Assembly (NCBI GenBank): GCA_046262595.1 | Contig: JBHEMM010000019.1 | Span: forward strand, 1 to 45,074 | DNA length: 45,074 bases | Direction of reading: 5' to 3' | Origin: Vulcanimicrobiaceae bacterium | GTDB lineage: Bacteria; Vulcanimicrobiota; Vulcanimicrobiia; Vulcanimicrobiales; Vulcanimicrobiaceae | In this document: one piece after another, positions 20,706-30,492 of the stretch | Position numbering within the stretch: position 1 is the stretch's first letter | Layout: each line of letters starts with the position of its first letter | The notes under the pieces: model-generated | Database searches by the model: none | What the model was told of the DNA's origin: nothing | Seen by the model: the letters and a program-made list of their open reading frames with translations, nothing else | Translations under genes and position numbers: made by a program

Positions 20706-21530
20706 TCACTTCGGAATCCGCAGAATGTCGCGCAGTGCCCGGCCGGGTCCGCGCAGCGCCGGCGGGCTGAGCGCAATCAGCCGCCGGAAAAACATCTGCA
20801 CGCCGGCGGCGCGCTGCTGCTGCGGCCGCAGCCGGAAAAGCGTGTTGTGACCCGCCTCGGTTTGCTTTTCGCTGCGGACGGGCGAGTAATAATACGCTGC
20901 TAGTGATTTGCGCGTAACGCCGGCGGGCAGCCGCAACTCTTTGTAACCGTGAAACGCGTAGTCGTGCGTTTCCATGATCAAGCAACGGTTGAATTTCGGT
21001 TCGATGTACTGCCGGCACTCGTTCATGTCGCGCGACCAAAGTTCGAGATAGCCTTGCCAGTGCGGTTCCCAGCGCGGGTTTAAATAAATCAGCAGATTTA
21101 AGCGCCGGAACAAACCCGAGCCGGGATGAATGTTGAAATCGGCATGCACGTCGAGATAGCTGCCGTCGGGCCCCTGATGCAGCCCGCCGCCGTGTAACTG
21201 CGGGTCGGCGGCTAAATCCGGAATCTGCGTTACTCCGGCAAGCCACTGCACAAAAGCGGGATCGTTGAGGTCGTCAAATATTCCGGCGAAGACCGCGTCG
21301 AGCGCGCCCAAATCCTGTTCTGCGCGTTTGACCTCCGCCAGGCCGGCAAACGCAATGGCCATCGCTTCCGGCTTCGGAAACGCCTGCTCCGCACGGCGGG
21401 CAGCGTCCGGCTGCAGAAAGTCTTCGATCACCACATGGCGTATGGGATCGGCTTGCGCGAAAGCGCGGCGCAGCTCTTCCTGCTGCGCCCGCAAACGATC
21501 GAAGGCAATGCTCCTGAACGACGCGCTCAT
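20706..21530 (-). CDS. 2OG-Fe(II) oxygenase
   Basis: GGGLH...LDVHADFN, RRLNLLIYLN, FHG, RKSLA-x-YYY. Confidence 0.88.
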   Translation of the reverse strand: MSASFRSIAFDRLRAQQEELRRAFAQADPIRHVVIEDFLQPDAARRAEQAFPKPEAMAIAFAGLAEVKRAEQDLGALDAVFAGIFDDLNDPAFVQWLAGVTQIPDLAADPQLHGGGLHQGPDGSYLDVHADFNIHPGSGLFRRLNLLIYLNPRWEPHWQGYLELWSRDMNECRQYIEPKFNRCLIMETHDYAFHGYKELRLPAGVTRKSLAAYYYSPVRSEKQTEAGHNTLFRLRPQQQRAAGVQMFFRRLIALSPPALRGPGRALRDILRIPK

Positions 21531-21531
21531 C

Positions 21532-23058
21532 TTACTCTGCTGCTATCTGTACGGGAGCGCCTTGTCCTCTCGGCGTTCGAAGAAAAATGACGAGCGGCGA
21601 GAGCAGCAGCGTCACGACGGCGAGGACCATGAACGCATCCCCGAAGGCCATGGTGCGGGCTTGCGCCGCAACGAGACCGGCGATCGCGCTCACCGGCGTA
21701 TGCACCGCCGCGTTCAACGCGAGGTTGTGCGCGTTCACCGATGCAGCCAGGGCATCTTGATGCACCGCGCCACGGCGGTCGAGAAGCGTCACAAGGACGG
21801 CCGTCGAGATCGACCCGCCCAGCTGTTGGCACAAACTGATGAGCGAGGTCGCCTTCTGCGTATCCGCACCGTGCACGCTGCGCAAAACACTGATGGAAAG
21901 CGGCAGAAACAGCATACCAAAACCCGCCCCGCCCAGGAGCAGCGGCCATGCGAACGTCCAAAACGTCGAGTCGGTCGTGGTCACGAACGCCTGCATGGCG
22001 TTGCCGATCGCGACGATGACGAATCCGGTTCCCAGCAGCACGCGCGGCTGAACGTGAAACCGGTTGATCAACGCGAGCGTAACGAACGTGAAGAGCATGA
22101 TCGCAAGCGCGCGCAGCAGGATCGATTCACCGCTGAGCGTGGCGGTGAAATTCAAAAGTTGCTGTTGGAATTGCGGCGAGAGAATGATGCCGCCGAAGAG
22201 CGAGAATCCGATCGCGAGCGCCAGGCCTGTTCCGGCGGCGACGGTGCGGTTTTTTAGAATGCGCAGATCGACGATCGGATGCTTCGTCCCCATGGTTTCC
22301 CAAAACGCAAAGCCTGCGAGCGCGATGAGCGCCAACAGGGAGAGTCGCAAGATACCCGGATCCGAGAGCCAATCGTTGCGTTCGCCTTCGTCCAACACGT
22401 ACTGCAAGCTCCCCAAGCCCAGCGCGAGCAGAGCCAGTCCCATTCCATCGAACGGCGCCGTGCGCCGCACCCGCTTGGGATTCCGGAGCGTCGAGGCGAT
22501 CATGAGGGCTGCCAGAATTCCGGGGATAATATTGATGTAGAAGATCCAGTTCCACGAAAATGCGTCGGTCAAGATGCCGCCCAGCGTCGGGCCGATGCTG
22601 GGCCCGACGACCGCGCCCAATGAAACCAGCGCCTGACTTTTGCCCAGGTCTTTGACCGGGAACGTGTCGCGCAGAATCGCCTGACCCGTCGCGATCAATC
22701 CGCCGCCGCACAGTCCTTGAAGAATGCGGAAGAAGACGAGTTCGGGCAGCGAGGTGGAGATACCGCACAATGCGGAGGTGATGGTGAAGCCCGCGATCGC
22801 GGCGAGGTAATATTGCTTGCGGCCCATGACCTGCTGCAGCCAGGGGGTGAGGGGAATGACGATGACGGCCGCGATAATGTAGCCCGTAACGATCCAGGCG
22901 CCTTCATCGAAATTGGCGCCCATGTTGCCTTGAATCGTCGGCAGCGCGACGTTGACGATCGTCGCGTCGAGCACTTGCAGCAGCGTCGCCGACATCACGC
23001 CGATGACGACGATCCAGCGGCGCAAACCGTATTCGACCAGCGGGCCGTCCGCGCTCAT
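21532..23058 (-). CDS. DHA2 family MFS efflux permease (EmrB/QacA)
   Basis: LDATIVNVALP, W...Y, RILQGLCGG, GP-x2-GG, WIFYINI; 14-TM pattern; start MSADGPL. Confidence 0.92.
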   Translation of the reverse strand: MSADGPLVEYGLRRWIVVIGVMSATLLQVLDATIVNVALPTIQGNMGANFDEGAWIVTGYIIAAVIVIPLTPWLQQVMGRKQYYLAAIAGFTITSALCGISTSLPELVFFRILQGLCGGGLIATGQAILRDTFPVKDLGKSQALVSLGAVVGPSIGPTLGGILTDAFSWNWIFYINIIPGILAALMIASTLRNPKRVRRTAPFDGMGLALLALGLGSLQYVLDEGERNDWLSDPGILRLSLLALIALAGFAFWETMGTKHPIVDLRILKNRTVAAGTGLALAIGFSLFGGIILSPQFQQQLLNFTATLSGESILLRALAIMLFTFVTLALINRFHVQPRVLLGTGFVIVAIGNAMQAFVTTTDSTFWTFAWPLLLGGAGFGMLFLPLSISVLRSVHGADTQKATSLISLCQQLGGSISTAVLVTLLDRRGAVHQDALAASVNAHNLALNAAVHTPVSAIAGLVAAQARTMAFGDAFMVLAVVTLLLSPLVIFLRTPRGQGAPVQIAAE

Positions 23059-23133
23059 TGCTTCATTCTCAGCAGTTAAGACGGCCGCACCGGCGCGAAG
23101 GTTGCACGCTGCGGCGCCCGGTATGAACGGCAC

Positions 23134-23640
23134 ATGCCTACACTGCAAGTTGAGTGGAACGATCCGGCGTCCATCGTTGCGAAGTGGATGGAGCTCGACG
23201 GCCGCACGTTCCTGGATGCGATCGGCAGGTGCGAGATACCATTGCCGCCGATTCTGGACGTGCTCGGCATAGCGGAGGGGACCATCGGTGACGGCTGGAT
23301 CGAGTTCTCGATGCGCCCGCAGGTATACATGATGAACCTTGCGGGCACGCTGCACGGCGGTGTCCTGGCGACGCTGATCGACTCTGCACTCACATGTGCG
23401 CTCGTTACGAAACTGCCCAAAGGCGTTGCCTGCACGACAATCGATCTGCAGATGCGCTTCTTCCGGCCCGCGCGGCTTTCCGCGGAATTGCTCACGGCCC
23501 GCGCGGAAGTACTGCACGTCGGCACGACGCTCGGAGCAACGTCGGGCGAGATTCGCGATGCTAAAGGAAGAGCGATCGTTCACGCCACGTCGTCGCTGGC
23601 GATCGCGCCTGCAGCGGCGCTTTTGAACGAACGCGCTTAG
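23134..23640 (+). CDS. PaaI-family thioesterase
   Basis: NLAGTLHGG-x3-TLID hotdog-fold motif. Confidence 0.88.
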   Translation: MPTLQVEWNDPASIVAKWMELDGRTFLDAIGRCEIPLPPILDVLGIAEGTIGDGWIEFSMRPQVYMMNLAGTLHGGVLATLIDSALTCALVTKLPKGVACTTIDLQMRFFRPARLSAELLTARAEVLHVGTTLGATSGEIRDAKGRAIVHATSSLAIAPAAALLNERA

Positions 23641-23647
23641 GCGGAGA

Positions 23648-23959
23648 TCACCAGATGCCCAGGAGCACTTTCACGTCTTCGCTGGCCATCTCTTTCGGAT
23701 CCCACGGCGGCGAAAACGTGATATCCACTTTGACGGTTTTTACACCGTCGATCGACTTCACGTTGTCCTCGACGGATTGCTTGAAGAGCGGCCCGACGGG
23801 ACACATCGGCGAGGTCAGCGTCATCACAACCGTCACGTGTTCTCCATTCTCACCTTCGGCGGTAATGTCGTAGACCAAACCGAGATCGAGGATCGGGATG
23901 TTCAGTTCGGGATCGCTGACGTTCTTGAGCGACTCGCGCACTTGTTCGACTGTCGGCAT
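23648..23959 (-). CDS. Metal-sulfur cluster assembly factor (DUF59/SufT/PaaD-like)
   Basis: DPELNI-x-ILDLGLVY, MTLTSPMCP, PPW. Confidence 0.9.
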   Translation of the reverse strand: MPTVEQVRESLKNVSDPELNIPILDLGLVYDITAEGENGEHVTVVMTLTSPMCPVGPLFKQSVEDNVKSIDGVKTVKVDITFSPPWDPKEMASEDVKVLLGIW

Positions 23960-24014
23960 TTCCTCGCGTCTTTCACAAGGCGCCCGCACGCGGCCTGCGA
24001 ACCAGCAAGGTCAT

Positions 24015-24450
24015 ATGAAGCGCCTCTTCCTGATTGGAACACTCCTCGCGTGCGCGGCGTTGCCGCTTCCCGCGCCGGCGTCCGTTTCGGTGGCCGCCGG
24101 CGGGTATACGCAGAACGCGCCTTCCAAGACCGGCGGGGCGCTCATCTTCAGTACCGGCGCCTCGATACCGCAGGTGCCGCTGGAGGNNNNNNNNNNCCCT
24201 CGACCCGGTCAGGGGCGACTTCGGGCTCACCGCCCTGCGGGCCAAGGCTGTGAGCCAGCTCGAAGGAAGCGGCCTGCCGGCGTCCACCGATCCCTACTGG
24301 CGCTTCGGGGCAACCGTCCTCGGGCCGGTCTTCACCGGCTTCGCCGGAAAGTCGATTGCGGCACGAACGTCAGTCGAGCTGCGTTTGTATCGAACGACGG
24401 GCAGTACGGCGGCAACGGCTGGGTTCATCGGCCTGCGTTTGAGCCTTTAA
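24015..24450 (+). CDS. Small secreted protein, probable outer-membrane beta-barrel (interrupted by the N gap at 24187-24196)
   Basis: Signal peptide MKRLFLIG...; after the gap a beta-strand C-terminus ...GFIGLRLSL; the frame across the gap is unknown. Confidence 0.5.
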
Positions 24451-24454
24451 GATT

Positions 24455-24480
24455 GGAACTAAAGATTCGAGCACGGGGTT
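24455..24480 (+). promoter_or_regulatory. Putative ECF sigma (SigH/SigR-like) promoter upstream of clpC
   Basis: GGAAC at 24455-24459, N18, GTT at 24478-24480. Confidence 0.5.
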
Positions 24481-24568
24481 ATGCGGTGTCACCGGTTCGC
24501 AACCAATCAGGGTAAGTACGTCACCAGGTCGCTGCGGCCGGCAGCGAAGGGAGTTTAAGGAACAGACC

Positions 24569-27067
24569 ATGTCAATGTGGGAACCGTTCACCGAACGCGC
24601 GCGGCGCAGCATCGTGCTGGCACAAGAAGAAGCGCAACGCTTGGGGAACAACTACATCGGAACCGAGCACATTCTGCTCGGGATTATCTCCGAGGGCGAG
24701 AGCCTTGCCGCCAAAGTGCTCGAGACGCTGGGCGTCAATCTGGCCAAAGTACGCCAAGAAGTCGAAGCGATTGTCGGCCGCGGCGGACAGACGGTTCAGC
24801 AAGAGATGGTCTTCACGCCCCGCGCCAAGCGCGTCATCGAACTGGCTTTTGAAGAAGCGCGTCAGCTCAATCACAATTATATCGGTACCGAGCATCTGCT
24901 CTTGGGCCTGATCCGCGAGGGCGAAGGCGTGGCAGCGCGCGTGCTCACGAATTTGGGCGTCGATCCTGCAAAAGTGCGCGTGCAAACCACCTCGCTGCTG
25001 GGCGCCGAAGGGCAGCCTCCGGCACCAAAAGGCAAGAGCAAGACGCCGACGCTCGACGCGTACGGCCGCGATCTCACGCAGCTCGCGAGGGAGAATAAAC
25101 TCGATCCCGTCATTGGGCGGGCTTCCGAAATCGAGCGCGTCATCCAGATTCTCTCGCGGCGTACGAAGAACAATCCCGCGCTCATCGGTGAACCGGGCGT
25201 CGGCAAAACGGCGATCGCCGAAGGTCTCGCGCAACGCGTCATCAAGGGTGACATCCCCGAGCCGCTGCGCGACAAACGCGTAATCACGCTCGATTTGGCG
25301 GGCCTGGTCGCCGGCACGAAGTACCGCGGCGAGTTCGAAGAACGCATGAAGCGCGTGATGGATGAAATCCGCGCCGCCGCGGGCGAAATCATCCTCTTCA
25401 TCGACGAACTGCATACGCTCGTCGGAGCGGGCGCCGCCGAAGGCGCCATCGACGCGAGCAACATCATCAAACCCGCGCTCGCGCGCGGCGAGCTGCAATG
25501 CATCGGCGCGACGACGCTGAATGAATTCCGCAAGCATATCGAAAAAGACTCGGCGCTGGAGCGGCGGTTCCAGCCGGTGATGGTCGGCGAACCGTCGTTA
25601 GAGGAAACGGTCGAGATTCTCAAGGGTCTGCGCGACCGCTACGAAGCGCATCACAAAGTGCAGATTACCGATGAAGCGCTGGCAGCCGCGGCGAAACTGG
25701 GCGACCGGTACATCACCGATCGTTTCTTGCCCGACAAAGCGGTCGATCTGATCGACGAGGCGGCCTCGCGCGTGCGCCTGCAGGCAACGCTGCCGCCGCA
25801 AGAGATTCGCGATATCGACGCTCAACTGCGCAAAGTCATCGTTGAAAAAGAAGCGGTCGTAAAATCGCAAGAGTTCGACAAAGCTGCCGAGCTGCGCGAC
25901 CGCGAAGAGAAGATCCGCCTCGAAAAAGCGCGCCTCGAAAAAGAGTGGCAAGACAAGCGCGCGCAAAGCGACAAGGTGATCAAAGTCACGGAAGAAGATA
26001 TCGCGTACATCGTTTCGTCGTGGACCAAGATTCCGGTGAGCCGCCTGGCTCAGGCCGAAACGCAGAAGCTGCTGAACATGGCCGAATCGCTGCACAAACG
26101 CGTTGTCGGCCAGGAAGAAGCAATCAACGTGATCGTGCGCGCCATCCGCCGCTCGCGCGCCGGCTTGAAGAATCCGAACCGGCCTATCGGCTCGTTCATG
26201 TTTCTGGGCCCGACGGGCGTGGGCAAGACGGAAGTCGCGCGCAGCGTGGCGGAGTTCTTGTTCGACGATTCGGATTCGATGGTCCGCATCGACATGTCGG
26301 AATACATGGAGAAGTATGCCGTCTCACGTCTGGTCGGCGCACCTCCGGGATACGTCGGCTATGAAGAAGGCGGCCAGCTCACCGAAGCCGTGCGCCGGCG
26401 TCCGTACGCCGTCGTGCTGCTCGACGAAGTGGAAAAAGCGCATCCGGACGTGTTTAACCTGCTGCTGCAGGTCCTCGACGACGGACGCCTGACGGATTCA
26501 CAAGGGCGCCAGGTCGACTTCAAAAACGCCGTGATCATTATGACGTCGAACGTCGGCGCCACCGGCATGCAGACGACGAGTGACATCGGTTTCCGCACCA
26601 GCAAGACGACGGACGAGGATGAAGCGCGTCAGTACGAGCGCATGAAGAACAAAGTGCTCGAAGAAGTCAAGCATACGTTCCGGCCGGAGTTTCTCAACCG
26701 CTTGGATGAAGTGGTCGTTTTTCATCAACTTACGCGCCCGCAGATCGAAGAGATTGTGGGCCTGGAGCTCGAGAAAGTCATGCGCGAGGTCAAGGCGCAA
26801 GACATGCATCTCGAAGTCACCGAAGAAGCCAAAGCGCTGCTTGCGAAAAAAGGCTGGGACCCGCAGTACGGCGCGCGTCCGCTGCGCCGGGCGATTCAGC
26901 GCGAAGTGGAAGACGAGCTTGCCGAAGAGATGCTGCGCGGCCGCTTCGGCCCCGGAGCCCGCATTTTGGCGGAAGTCGACCCCGGCAACCCGGAGAAGCT
27001 GCGCTTCAGCAAAATACCGGGCATCGAACCGCCTGCGGCGCCGCAGCCCGAACACGCGACGAACTGA
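24569..27067 (+). CDS. clpC: ATP-dependent Clp protease ATP-binding subunit ClpC
   Basis: Double Clp-N repeats, two AAA+ modules ([16 protein letters not shown]), UVR-like middle domain, IGF loop. Confidence 0.97.
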   Translation: MSMWEPFTERARRSIVLAQEEAQRLGNNYIGTEHILLGIISEGESLAAKVLETLGVNLAKVRQEVEAIVGRGGQTVQQEMVFTPRAKRVIELAFEEARQLNHNYIGTEHLLLGLIREGEGVAARVLTNLGVDPAKVRVQTTSLLGAEGQPPAPKGKSKTPTLDAYGRDLTQLARENKLDPVIGRASEIERVIQILSRRTKNNPALIGEPGVGKTAIAEGLAQRVIKGDIPEPLRDKRVITLDLAGLVAGTKYRGEFEERMKRVMDEIRAAAGEIILFIDELHTLVGAGAAEGAIDASNIIKPALARGELQCIGATTLNEFRKHIEKDSALERRFQPVMVGEPSLEETVEILKGLRDRYEAHHKVQITDEALAAAAKLGDRYITDRFLPDKAVDLIDEAASRVRLQATLPPQEIRDIDAQLRKVIVEKEAVVKSQEFDKAAELRDREEKIRLEKARLEKEWQDKRAQSDKVIKVTEEDIAYIVSSWTKIPVSRLAQAETQKLLNMAESLHKRVVGQEEAINVIVRAIRRSRAGLKNPNRPIGSFMFLGPTGVGKTEVARSVAEFLFDDSDSMVRIDMSEYMEKYAVSRLVGAPPGYVGYEEGGQLTEAVRRRPYAVVLLDEVEKAHPDVFNLLLQVLDDGRLTDSQGRQVDFKNAVIIMTSNVGATGMQTTSDIGFRTSKTTDEDEARQYERMKNKVLEEVKHTFRPEFLNRLDEVVVFHQLTRPQIEEIVGLELEKVMREVKAQDMHLEVTEEAKALLAKKGWDPQYGARPLRRAIQREVEDELAEEMLRGRFGPGARILAEVDPGNPEKLRFSKIPGIEPPAAPQPEHATN

Positions 27068-27074
27068 CGTCTGC

Positions 27075-27473
27075 CTATTGACGCAGGGTCGTCACTGCGG
27101 CAAACGCGATCGCAATCGCGACGACATCTTCCGTCGCTCCGGCCGGAACCGCGCCAATCAATCCGATGAGGCGCATCCGCAACCGGTGGCCTGCGAACGT
27201 TCCGATGAGTGCGCCGGCGACGCCGATGGCAGCGCCGGCAGCTTCGGCAGCGATCCAGCCCATGAAGCCGCCGCTCGCACAGCGCGCGATCGCTGGCCCG
27301 ATCGTTGTGCGCGAGGGGCATTGCGGCAAAAGATCGACGGCGTATTCGCCGATTGCGCCCAGAATAAAGACGATTCCCCACGTGCCGCCGCGGAAGCCGA
27401 AAAAGACCGCCTCGCCCGTAAGCGTTCGCAAGCCGGCGACAATACCGAAGAGCAGAGCCGCAACGAGACTCAT
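27075..27473 (-). CDS. Small membrane protein (DUF4126-like)
   Basis: Hydrophobic; GLRT...GE-x2-VD-x-LP-x2-PSRT...ED pattern. Confidence 0.65.
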   Translation of the reverse strand: MSLVAALLFGIVAGLRTLTGEAVFFGFRGGTWGIVFILGAIGEYAVDLLPQCPSRTTIGPAIARCASGGFMGWIAAEAAGAAIGVAGALIGTFAGHRLRMRLIGLIGAVPAGATEDVVAIAIAFAAVTTLRQ

Positions 27474-27527
27474 GGGGTCAGTATAGTGGCACGCAGTATC
27501 TAAAGCAACGTAAGCGAAGCACCTGCC

Positions 27528-30398
27528 ATGCATCAGATCGCGCTGCTTCTTTCGCTCGTCACCTCGGCGATGTTCTCGCATTTAGACTTTCGCAACATCG
27601 GACCGCTGCCCGGACGCATCGATACGGTTTCGGGCGTTTCGGGCGATCCGCGTGTTTACTACGGCGGCGGTCTGGGCGGTCTGTTCAAAAGCAGCGACGG
27701 CGGCGTTTCGTGGGAACCGGTTTTTCATCAGCAGTCGGTCAGTTCGATCGGCGCGGTTGCGGTTGCACCGTCGGATCCTTCGATCGTTTACGCCGGAACG
27801 GGCGAACCGAATCTGCGCAACGACGTCGCCTTCGGCAACGGCGTGTACAAGTCGAGCGACGCAGGCGCAACGTGGCAGCACGTCGGCTTGGATGCGAGCG
27901 GTTCGGTTGCGCGCATCGCGATCGATCCTGTTGATCCGCAGCGCGTCTTTGTGGCGGTCTCGGGCGATTTCTACGCTGCGAACGGCGAGCGGGGTATCTT
28001 TAAGACAACCGACGGCGGCACGACCTGGCGCAAGGTGCTCTCCTCCGGCGAACGCACCGGCGCCTCGTCCGTCGCAATCGATCCGCGCGATCCCAAGCAC
28101 CTGATCGCCGGCATGTGGGAGGCATGGCGCACGCCGTATCATCTCAACAGCGGCGGCAAAGACGACGGTTTATACGCGTCCTCCGACGGCGGCGAACATT
28201 GGGCGCGTCTGCAAGGCAACGGACTGCCGGGCGGCACCATGGGCCGCATCGACGTGCGCTTCGCGCCCGGAAATCCCAAACGCGTGTACGCGCTGATCGA
28301 GTCGAATGAGGGGACGCTTTGGCGCAGCGACGACGGCGGTAAAACATGGGCGGTGATCAACACAAGTCACGGTATCGATCAGCGTCCGTTTTACTTCACC
28401 ACGATGGCGGTCGATCCGAAAGACGAGAATCACCTGTTCTTCATGTCGGTGCAGATGTGGGAGTCCAAAGACGGCGGCAAAACGGCGAAAACGTTGCGCG
28501 GCACGCGCGGGGGAGACTACCACGCCCTCTGGATCGACCCGCAGGATCCGCATCGCATGGTTGCGGGCGATGACGGCGGCATCCAGTACACCGTCGGCGC
28601 GCCCAAAGGCTGGACCAGCGCGGCGGTTGCCGTATCGCAGCCGTACCACGTGGATACCGACAACCGCGTTCCGTACACGGTGTGCGCGGAAACGCAAGAT
28701 TCGGGCAGCGCGTGCGGTTCGAGTACGAACACGGCATCGAACCGCGGCGATTGGTTTTATGCGGGCGGCGGCGAGAGCGGATGGATCGTGTTCGATCGCG
28801 GGAACTCGAATCTCATCTACGGCGACGGCTACCAGGGCGCCCTCACGGAATACGACCGCCGCACGGATCAGGCGCGTGCTATCGACGTATGGCCGGAGGA
28901 TGCGATGGGTTGGGCGGCCGCGGCTCTGAAGTACCGCTTCCAATGGACTTCGCCGCTGGCAGTGAGCGCGCATCACGCTCACCGCCTGTTTATGGGCGGC
29001 AATAAAGTGTTCGCAACGGACGACGGCGGCCAGCATTGGCGCGCGATCAGCGGCGATCTCACCCGAAATGCGAAGCAGTTTGAGCAGTTTTCCGGAGGTC
29101 TGACGCGCGATAACACCAGCGTCGAATACTACGACACGGTTTTCAGCATTGCCGAGTCGCCGCTGCGCGCGGGCACGTTGTGGGCCGGCACCGACGACGG
29201 GTATGTGTGGGTGACCCGCGACGAAGGCGCCCATTGGAACAACGTGACGCCGGCCGCAATGCGGGCTGACGCGCCCGGCGCGTGGGGCCGCGTGGATGGC
29301 GTCGCGCCGTCGCCGTTCGACCCGGCGGTCGCATACATGACGGCGGATTATCACAAGTCGGGCAGCCGCGTTCCGCACTTGTATCGCACGGCAGACTACG
29401 GGCGCACGTGGACCGCGATCGCGCAAACGCTTCCGCAGGACAGCTACGCGCGTATGGTCCGGCCCGATCCCGTGCGCCGCGGCATGTTGTACGCGGGAAC
29501 AGAAACCGGCCTGTGGCTTTCATACGACGACGGCGCGCATTGGATGGCGCTAAACACGAATCTGCCCACCGCTCCCGTGTACGACTTTCACGTTCAGCGC
29601 CAATTCGATGACCTCGTGGTTGCAACGCACGGCCGCGGCATCTGGATATTGGACAATCTGCACGCCTTGCAGGAGTTGAATGATGCCGCCGCCGCGCAGC
29701 CGCTGCATCTGTTCACGCTGCGTCCTGCGTACCGTTCCGTGAGCGGTCAAGAAGCGCTGATCGACTTCTTCCTTAAGCAGCCGCCCGCGAGCGGCGGCGT
29801 ACGCGTCGAAGTTTTGCAGGACGGGCGCGTGATCCGCACGCTTGCGGTGGAGAAGCCCGCGGCGGGCATCAACCGGGTGCGTTGGAATCTGCAATACGAA
29901 GATCTCAAGCCGGTGAAAAACTACGTACCGTGGGGATCCGGCGGCTTCGACGGTCCGGCAGTGCTGCCGGGAAGGTACACGGTGCGCGTGACGGCGGGCG
30001 GCATCTCGCGCACGGGGAGCCTGCAAGTGCGGCTCGACCCTCGCGTACACGTCGCAGCAACGGCGCTGCGCGAGCAGTTGACGTTCATTCAGCGCGCCCG
30101 GGGCGACCTGTCCTCCCTTACCGCGCTCATCAACCGCCTCAATGTTCTCAAAGCGAAAAACGGCCGCAACGCGGCAAAGATCGATGCCTTGCTGCACCGC
30201 ATCTACGAGCCCGAGGTCACGGAAGGCGAGGATGCGCTTCGCTACCCGCAGCAAGTGTACGGCAAGATTGCCTACCTGGCCGGAAACGCCGGCGCGAGCG
30301 ATGCGCGCCCTACGGCGTCCGACTATGCCGTGCTCAACGCGCTCGAAACGCGCGCGCGCGCGCTCGAACGGGAAGCCCGGTCGCTGACCACGCCGTGA
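27528..30398 (+). CDS. Secreted BNR/Asp-box (VPS10/sortilin-like) beta-propeller glycosyl hydrolase-like protein
   Basis: Many S/T-x-D-G-G-x-T/S-W Asp-box repeats, RNIGP, DYHALWIDP, ATHGRG. Confidence 0.88.
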   Translation: MHQIALLLSLVTSAMFSHLDFRNIGPLPGRIDTVSGVSGDPRVYYGGGLGGLFKSSDGGVSWEPVFHQQSVSSIGAVAVAPSDPSIVYAGTGEPNLRNDVAFGNGVYKSSDAGATWQHVGLDASGSVARIAIDPVDPQRVFVAVSGDFYAANGERGIFKTTDGGTTWRKVLSSGERTGASSVAIDPRDPKHLIAGMWEAWRTPYHLNSGGKDDGLYASSDGGEHWARLQGNGLPGGTMGRIDVRFAPGNPKRVYALIESNEGTLWRSDDGGKTWAVINTSHGIDQRPFYFTTMAVDPKDENHLFFMSVQMWESKDGGKTAKTLRGTRGGDYHALWIDPQDPHRMVAGDDGGIQYTVGAPKGWTSAAVAVSQPYHVDTDNRVPYTVCAETQDSGSACGSSTNTASNRGDWFYAGGGESGWIVFDRGNSNLIYGDGYQGALTEYDRRTDQARAIDVWPEDAMGWAAAALKYRFQWTSPLAVSAHHAHRLFMGGNKVFATDDGGQHWRAISGDLTRNAKQFEQFSGGLTRDNTSVEYYDTVFSIAESPLRAGTLWAGTDDGYVWVTRDEGAHWNNVTPAAMRADAPGAWGRVDGVAPSPFDPAVAYMTADYHKSGSRVPHLYRTADYGRTWTAIAQTLPQDSYARMVRPDPVRRGMLYAGTETGLWLSYDDGAHWMALNTNLPTAPVYDFHVQRQFDDLVVATHGRGIWILDNLHALQELNDAAAAQPLHLFTLRPAYRSVSGQEALIDFFLKQPPASGGVRVEVLQDGRVIRTLAVEKPAAGINRVRWNLQYEDLKPVKNYVPWGSGGFDGPAVLPGRYTVRVTAGGISRTGSLQVRLDPRVHVAATALREQLTFIQRARGDLSSLTALINRLNVLKAKNGRNAAKIDALLHRIYEPEVTEGEDALRYPQQVYGKIAYLAGNAGASDARPTASDYAVLNALETRARALEREARSLTTP

Positions 30399-30407
30399 CG
30401 GGGCCGC

Positions 30408-30462
30408 TTGATGACTCCTTGATGGCAGAGGAGCGTGATTTTTGATGACATTTTTATGGCCG
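30408..30462. promoter_or_regulatory. Tandem operator-like repeats TTGATGAC-N6-ATGGC upstream of the WYL gene
   Basis: TTGATGACtccttgATGGC (30408-30426) and TTGATGACatttttATGGC (30442-30460); pseudo-palindromic TGACW-N6-TGGCM. Confidence 0.55.
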
Positions 30463-30479
30463 GGGACCGGCGCATAGTG

Positions 30480-30491
30480 CCACAATTGTGG
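30480..30491. promoter_or_regulatory. Perfect palindrome CCACAATTGTGG overlapping a putative extended -10 (TGcCACAAT) of a leaderless WYL transcript
   Basis: 12-bp palindrome ending just before ATG 30493; no Shine-Dalgarno. Confidence 0.5.
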
Positions 30492-30492
30492 T

